In this document: positions 58,615 through 64,000 of the stretch, piece by piece
Layout of the letters: each line of letters opens with the position of its first letter
Numbering within the stretch: position 1 is the first letter of the stretch
NCBI GenBank assembly: GCA_963662945.1
Contig: OY759974.1
Location: 288,001-352,000 of the forward strand
Direction: 5' to 3'
DNA: 64,000 nucleotides
Origin: Arcobacteraceae bacterium
Lineage (GTDB): Bacteria; Campylobacterota; Campylobacteria; Campylobacterales; Arcobacteraceae
Translations under genes and position numbers: made by a program
The notes under the pieces: generated by a model
Told to the model about the DNA's origin: nothing
Database searches by the model: none
The model's input: the letters and a program-made list of their open reading frames with translations, nothing else

Positions 58615-58658
58615 AATAACTTCCTCTTGTATAATTTTTTCTAATGATACAATTTTAA

Positions 58659-58680
58659 TGTGTAGTAACTGTGTAGTAAC
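58659..58680 (-). promoter_or_regulatory. 11-bp direct repeat upstream of the RiPP-TCS operon
   Basis: TGTGTAGTAAC twice; shares the TGTGTAGT core with 54982-55003. Confidence 0.7.
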
Positions 58681-59667
58681 TTAGATTAAATATTTACTGA
58701 TTTCATCTTTAGTTGGCAATTTTTGTCCCTCTTGTGTAAAACTTTCATTTTCATCTTCAAAGATTACAGTGTACTTTGTATCAGCTTCTGTTTTTCCATA
58801 AGTAACTATAAAAGTAGCAGCAAGTTCTTTTTCCTCTTGTGTAGCTTTTTTATCTAATAAACTAAAAGGTCCAGTAGCATCTAAAATTCTTGCTTTATAG
58901 TACTTCTTACTTATAGTGTTTTTTAATTTTTCATTATCCTCTTGATGTCGTCCAACTATAAGTTTTGCACCATGTGGAAGTCGTAAGTGTCTCCCAGCTT
59001 TTAAAGTATCTATATCTTCAACCTCTAATTTATCATGATCAACAAAATCTCTTAAACGATTGCTAAATTGAACTTCAGTAAGTAAACATCCACCACCTGG
59101 TGATTCAAAATCTTTCAGTCCAATCTCTTTTGCCATATCAAGCTGTCTTTGTCTGTTTCTTCCATTGATATCAAGAAGTTTTTCTCTGTTCACCCATCCT
59201 TCTCGCTCAGGAAGTGAAGGTTCAAGAAGTTTTGCACACATAGGTCTTACAATCAAATCATCATAGTTACTTAAAGACTTTACACTCTCCATAGCATCTT
59301 TTCTCTGGCTCATCGGTCGCTGACCTACAACTTCACCACTTATCATAAATTGTGCATCATATTTTTCAAGTAATTGACCTGTATATCGAAACATAAAACC
59401 ATGACAATCTATACATGGATTAAAATTCTTTCCATAACCATATTTAGGATCAAATAAAACCTCTTCTAAATATAATTCTCGTAAATCCAATATCTCTAAC
59501 TTTACACCAATTTGGTCACACATATTTTGCATATGTTCTTGTCTATCGACAGTTGAACCAAATCCAATATTAACATTTACTGCAATTACCTCTATACCTT
59601 GGTCTACAATCAGCTTCATAGCCAAAGTAGAATCCAGTCCACCACTAAAAAGTGCTAGTGCTCTCAT
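58681..59667 (-). CDS. PP-loop tRNA sulfurtransferase-like protein (ThiI/MnmA-related)
   Basis: SGGLDS, NPCIDC, GEVVGQRPMSQ, GGCLLT. Confidence 0.8.
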   Translation of the reverse strand: MRALALFSGGLDSTLAMKLIVDQGIEVIAVNVNIGFGSTVDRQEHMQNMCDQIGVKLEILDLRELYLEEVLFDPKYGYGKNFNPCIDCHGFMFRYTGQLLEKYDAQFMISGEVVGQRPMSQRKDAMESVKSLSNYDDLIVRPMCAKLLEPSLPEREGWVNREKLLDINGRNRQRQLDMAKEIGLKDFESPGGGCLLTEVQFSNRLRDFVDHDKLEVEDIDTLKAGRHLRLPHGAKLIVGRHQEDNEKLKNTISKKYYKARILDATGPFSLLDKKATQEEKELAATFIVTYGKTEADTKYTVIFEDENESFTQEGQKLPTKDEISKYLI

Positions 59668-59677
59668 TTATATCCTT

Positions 59678-61024
59678 CTATTTTATTAATTTCATTGGGT
59701 CGATATATTTACTATCTTTTGTAGCTTGAAACTCTAAAGTGTCATTAATTCTTCCTACAACATACCCTTTTGGTATCCATTTTCCAACTGTTAATGTTGG
59801 AGAAATTTGGTCTAGATGTGAATAAATTGTATGTAAGCCATTGCTATGTTTTACAATAACAACTTTTGCTAAAAGACCAGAGTTTTCTTTTGCATAAACA
59901 ATTTGTCCTTTAAATACACTAAATACTTTTGCATTTGGTATTTTAGTTTTTAAAGCCACTGATTCATTAAATAATTCCATTTTATAAACATCATCATAAT
60001 ATTTTCCAAATTTTTTCTCAACTGTATATGACTTCAATGGTGCCATTGTTTTTACACCATCATATTTAGATATTTTAATTCCTTTTGCAGAAGAACCTAT
60101 TTTTCGAACTTCCACATCAATATCTTTATCTAACTCCTTTTTCTTCTCAAACTTCATCTGTTTTGTTTCTTCTACAGCTATCTCTTTATCTTTTGTTTCA
60201 ACTCGTTTTAGTTTGGCAAGTTTTGCTTCTTCTGCTTTTTTGCGTGCAGCTTCTTTTCTTCTTTCTATCTCTTTCGCTTTTTTTATTCTTATCTCTTCTT
60301 TTTTTATCTCTTCTTGTTTAAGAATATTCAAGCTTCCAAGTAAATCAGTAATTTGATTTTGTTTATCTATAATTGTTCGTAAACTTTGTTGGTATTTTGT
60401 ATGTTGTTCTTTTAATGTTTCTAATTTCTTTTCATAAGTTGCTTCAAGGTCTTTATATTTTTCTCTTACATTTTTTTGTTCTTCAAGAAATTTATTTATC
60501 TCATCAATTTTTCTCTCATTATCTCTAATTTGATTGTTGATTTTGAGATAATTAATATTAATATCTATCATTTCTTGTTTGTTATTATCAAATACTAAAG
60601 TATAAACCTCTTTACCAATCACATCTTTCAAAGATTCTTTGTTAGCTTGTTCAATCCCCATACTCATAGCATATCGTTCAATTACAAAATCAACTACATC
60701 TTTTTCTATTTTTTCTCTAATTTTTATTAATTTATCTGATTCTTCTTTAAGTTTATCTACTTTTTCTTTTGCACTTGCAAGTTTCATTTTATTTAAAACA
60801 AGTTGTGTATTTGTAGTATCTAAAACAGAAACAATTTTTTTATATGCTTCTTCCTCTTCATTAATCCTCTTTGCTAGAGATTCTAAATTATTATTGATAT
60901 TCTCTTTTTTTGAAGCAATATCTTCAAACTCTTTTTTATTTGTATTTATTTTCTTTTCAATATCTTTTACTGAGGCATCAACAAAAGAATACAATAATAT
61001 AAAAGAGAATAATAATTTAATCAT
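59678..61024 (-). CDS. EnvC-like murein hydrolase activator (coiled coil plus degenerate M23)
   Basis: Long coiled coil; M23 domain (YSHL) lacking the full Zn ligand set; downstream of ftsEX. Confidence 0.85.
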   Translation of the reverse strand: MIKLLFSFILLYSFVDASVKDIEKKINTNKKEFEDIASKKENINNNLESLAKRINEEEEAYKKIVSVLDTTNTQLVLNKMKLASAKEKVDKLKEESDKLIKIREKIEKDVVDFVIERYAMSMGIEQANKESLKDVIGKEVYTLVFDNNKQEMIDININYLKINNQIRDNERKIDEINKFLEEQKNVREKYKDLEATYEKKLETLKEQHTKYQQSLRTIIDKQNQITDLLGSLNILKQEEIKKEEIRIKKAKEIERRKEAARKKAEEAKLAKLKRVETKDKEIAVEETKQMKFEKKKELDKDIDVEVRKIGSSAKGIKISKYDGVKTMAPLKSYTVEKKFGKYYDDVYKMELFNESVALKTKIPNAKVFSVFKGQIVYAKENSGLLAKVVIVKHSNGLHTIYSHLDQISPTLTVGKWIPKGYVVGRINDTLEFQATKDSKYIDPMKLIK

Positions 61025-61830
61025 TACTTCGATTTATATTGGATTAGAAGTCCAAAAAATGTTATAAATGGGATTATAAAAGACAATAAAAAGATTTGAA
61101 AAATTTCAAATTCCAAATGTATAATTTTAGGCATAATTGATATTATCTCTGGTTGTACAAATAAACTAATATTATTTACAACAACTATTAACAATGAAAT
61201 AACAATAATACTTGAAACAATAGCACTTAAAATTATTGTTTTAATAATCGGTTTTGAACTGTATAATAACGAACCACCATGAAGTTGAATAATAGATATT
61301 CTTTCATTATGTTCAAAAAACCATATTTTAATTTGTTTTGAAAGCAATAATAATGAAAGTGCTAATACAACCATAAATAAAATAAATACAATATCTTGTA
61401 TTAAAATTAATAACGAATATATTTGATTATGATCTGTTGAAAAAGTTTCAACTCTCTTGATATTTGTCATCTGCTTGAGTTCTTTTTTTATCTGTTCAAG
61501 CTTACGTGTAGTTGGGAATTCTTCTAGATGGATTTTATAAAAGTATGGTAGTTTTTTATTTAATAACTCCAGTGATGAACTTGATAAATTTTCTTGAACA
61601 CCCTCTATAATTTTTGTTCTACTTAAAGGTTCTATATCTTTAACTTTAATATCGGCTAAAGTATCAATATCTATAAAAGGGGTATTTGTAATCACAACAA
61701 TCGCATAATCATTTGCTATACTACTTTTATAACTATTTACAACTTTATCCACAAGTAAATATATAGAAAAAATAAAAAGCATAATAATCAAAGGAAAAGT
61801 AAAAGATAAAAACGATTTAAGAAGCTTCAT
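61024..61830 (-). CDS. ftsX: Cell division permease FtsX-like
   Basis: Four TM helices; follows ftsE. ATG at 61830 has a G-rich RBS. Confidence 0.8.
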   Translation of the reverse strand: MKLLKSFLSFTFPLIIMLFIFSIYLLVDKVVNSYKSSIANDYAIVVITNTPFIDIDTLADIKVKDIEPLSRTKIIEGVQENLSSSSLELLNKKLPYFYKIHLEEFPTTRKLEQIKKELKQMTNIKRVETFSTDHNQIYSLLILIQDIVFILFMVVLALSLLLLSKQIKIWFFEHNERISIIQLHGGSLLYSSKPIIKTIILSAIVSSIIVISLLIVVVNNISLFVQPEIISIMPKIIHLEFEIFQIFLLSFIIPFITFFGLLIQYKSK

Positions 61831-62479
61831 AAACAACCCCTTCATCAATATTAAATCTTCTAAATTTTACCCCTAAATCTGTTGGTATTCTATGTGTTAC
61901 AACTACAATTGTAATTCCTAAAATCTCATTTGCATTTTTAAGAAGTTTCCAAATTACATCTGAAGAATAATCATCAAGGTTTCCAGTTGGTTCATCTGCA
62001 AATATGATGCTAGGATTATGTGCTAAGGCTCTTGCAACGGCAACTCTTTGTTGCTCCCCACCACTTAGCTCCTCAGGGTATGCACCAACTTTATGACTTA
62101 ATTTCACGTGTTTAAGAAGTTTTTTTACTTGATTTTTACAAATAGTATCATCATAATTATGAACTTTTAAAGGGAGCATAATATTTTCTTCAATAGTATA
62201 ATCTTTAATAAGTTTATAATCTTGAAAAACAATTCCTAGATCTTTTCTTAACGTTAAAAGTTTATTGTAATTTTTTTTAGATAAATCAACTTTATTTACT
62301 AATAAGTGTCCAGATTTTACAGCTAATCCACCGTAAAAAGCCTTTAAAAGTGTAGATTTTCCACTACCACTTGAACCACTTATAAAAATAAAATCTTTTG
62401 GTTTGATATTAAAATTAGCATTCTCAATAATATTTTTTTTATTATCATAGGATAATGTAATATTATTTGCTAAAATCAT
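61817..62479 (-). CDS. ftsE: Cell division ABC ATPase
   Basis: [32 protein letters not shown]. Confidence 0.9.
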   Translation of the reverse strand: MILANNITLSYDNKKNIIENANFNIKPKDFIFISGSSGSGKSTLLKAFYGGLAVKSGHLLVNKVDLSKKNYNKLLTLRKDLGIVFQDYKLIKDYTIEENIMLPLKVHNYDDTICKNQVKKLLKHVKLSHKVGAYPEELSGGEQQRVAVARALAHNPSIIFADEPTGNLDDYSSDVIWKLLKNANEILGITIVVVTHRIPTDLGVKFRRFNIDEGVVYEAS

Positions 62480-63636
62480 TTTAGTATCTCCAATATTGTT
62501 TTATGTGCTTCTAGATTAGCTCTTGTAATAATAGGTTCCCCTTGAAAATATCTCATATTTCCATTTTCTAAAAGTAAATATTTTGATACTGGTCTATTAA
62601 AACTTCCAAAAGTTACTTTAATGAGTAAACCGCTTATATTCTTATCTTCAATATCATAACAAGATTCAAAATGCACCATATAATCATCTTTTATAATAGC
62701 ATTTGTATCTATTTTTGATTTAAGAGTCTCTTTTTCATATAAATATGGAAAAGCAAAATCATCTTCTAAATATACTTCTTCTGAGTTGTCTTTTGCTGTT
62801 ATTTTGACATCCCAAATAGTTTTTTCTTGTCTTTTCCATCTTGCTTCATATTTACTAGTAACTGCTAAATCTTCATTTGTAAGTATCTCATAATGATACC
62901 CTTTAAAGTGTTCCAAAAGAGATGTAGAATATTCAAAATAATTCGGACTATCTGTTCTAAGTTCTAAAGTTCCACCAACTTTTAAAACTCTCATACACTC
63001 TTCTATAAATTCAACACTCATAACTCGTCTATGTGGTTTTTTATCCCAAGGAACTGGAAAATGTACAAAAACTTTCCCTACACTATTTGATTTTAAAAAC
63101 TCTAAAAATAATCGTGCATCATAATTGATTACCAAAATATTTTCTATATTTTGTATTTTTGCTTGTTTTAAAACTTGCTCAATTGAGGGATAATGTATCT
63201 CTAATCCTATGATGATTTTATCAGGATTTGTTTTTGCTTGATGTAAAAGATGTACTCCACTTCCAAATCCAACTTCAACATATATCTCTTTTTCTGTATG
63301 AAAATCTTTAACAAAATAGTTAATATCTTTCAAATATTTTTCTTCTGGTTTTACTTTGTTATATATTGAATTTACATTTGAAAAAAGTACTTCACTTTCA
63401 CTTAGTTTTTCATAATCATTTAATGCTGTTTTCATAAGACTTACAGGTGTAAGTCTAGTTGCACTATCAAGTTTTACTAAATTATTTCCATTTTTTACAA
63501 CTTTTGTTAATAAAAATTCTTTGTTGTCATATACAGCACAAATTTTTTTATCATAATCACAAGTTGCTACAAATCTAAAATGTCCAGAACTACTTGTAGT
63601 AATATCGCTATGAGGTTTTAATAGAAGATGTGGCAT
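62476..63636 (-). CDS. trmB: tRNA m7G46 methyltransferase (extended Campylobacterota form)
   Basis: EVGFGSG, FPVPWDKKPHRR, RTD, SKYE. Confidence 0.93.
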   Translation of the reverse strand: MPHLLLKPHSDITTSSSGHFRFVATCDYDKKICAVYDNKEFLLTKVVKNGNNLVKLDSATRLTPVSLMKTALNDYEKLSESEVLFSNVNSIYNKVKPEEKYLKDINYFVKDFHTEKEIYVEVGFGSGVHLLHQAKTNPDKIIIGLEIHYPSIEQVLKQAKIQNIENILVINYDARLFLEFLKSNSVGKVFVHFPVPWDKKPHRRVMSVEFIEECMRVLKVGGTLELRTDSPNYFEYSTSLLEHFKGYHYEILTNEDLAVTSKYEARWKRQEKTIWDVKITAKDNSEEVYLEDDFAFPYLYEKETLKSKIDTNAIIKDDYMVHFESCYDIEDKNISGLLIKVTFGSFNRPVSKYLLLENGNMRYFQGEPIITRANLEAHKTILEILK

Positions 63637-64000
63637 TAATCAGCTCTTACCCCATCTGCTAATTTAGGTAACTTAATAGACACCTCTTGTGTTTTTTCAG
63701 AAAGAAGACCATACGCATCAACTGCTTGTAACGTATAATTATACTCAACACCTCTTACAACATCTGGATCTTCAAATCTTAAACCTTGAACATTTGGAAT
63801 CAATTTTTCTTTAGAAGAGATAAACGATTCTTTTGTAGTTTTATAAATATTGTATGAAACTGTTCTATCATCTGTCGATACCCAATTTAATATTACTTTA
63901 TTTCCTTGAATTTGAGATAGTGTAATCTGTGGCACATTTGGCTTTGCCAATGTTGAACCCATAACTGGTGATACTTGTTTAATATCACTCTCTAAACCAT
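63636..64000 (-). CDS. Fibronectin type III domain protein (FlpA-like), C-terminal part
   Basis: Frame is open to the window edge (..GLESDIKQVSPVMGST..); Fn3 motifs LNW..YNIY..Y.Y...AVD..GL.S. Confidence 0.8.
   Translation of the reverse strand, partial: GLESDIKQVSPVMGSTLAKPNVPQITLSQIQGNKVILNWVSTDDRTVSYNIYKTTKESFISSKEKLIPNVQGLRFEDPDVVRGVEYNYTLQAVDAYGLLSEKTQEVSIKLPKLADGVRAD

Noticed and set aside
1221-61067. Many 60-145 aa ORFs antisense to or nested in longer genes (e.g. 1221-1445, 8017-8283, 24217-24558, 30268-30705, 51427-51783, 60639-61067)
   Set aside because: Shadow frames of well-supported genes, with no recognisable motif.

Overview
Very AT-rich chromosomal DNA from a Campylobacterota bacterium, probably Arcobacteraceae-like (inferred from gene content and the flpA-like-trmB-ftsEX-envC synteny). 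Bases 1 to about 18,440 are the right part of an integrative mobilisable or conjugative element. It carries a type IV coupling protein, an RHH accessory protein, an oriT-like hairpin cluster, short leading-region genes including an MjaI-like nuclease, a DUF285 repeat protein, an orphan N6-methyltransferase, an excisionase-like protein and a type I R-M system with an inserted NucS-like nuclease. It appears to have integrated inside a rhomboid protease gene, whose orphan 3' end sits at 18443-18541. By eye I found no CG dinucleotide and no CTAG in the whole element, whereas both are common in the flanking chromosome. The chromosomal part holds housekeeping genes and three regulatory modules whose DNA sites are visible in the sequence. 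(1) A FeeM-like N-acyl amide synthase beside a 7TM-DISM kinase and response regulator, sharing one promoter box: a candidate undescribed quorum-sensing circuit. (2) A 16-kb stress cluster (33.9-49.1 kb) whose nine promoters share a 20-bp motif at a near-fixed distance from the -10 box: a candidate photo-oxidative regulon. (3) An HvfABC-like MNIO (DUF692) RiPP operon fused to a CrdRS/CrdAB-CusBA copper locus, with shared 11-bp direct repeats. All family calls come from motif recognition by eye, and all counts are manual; no searches were run.
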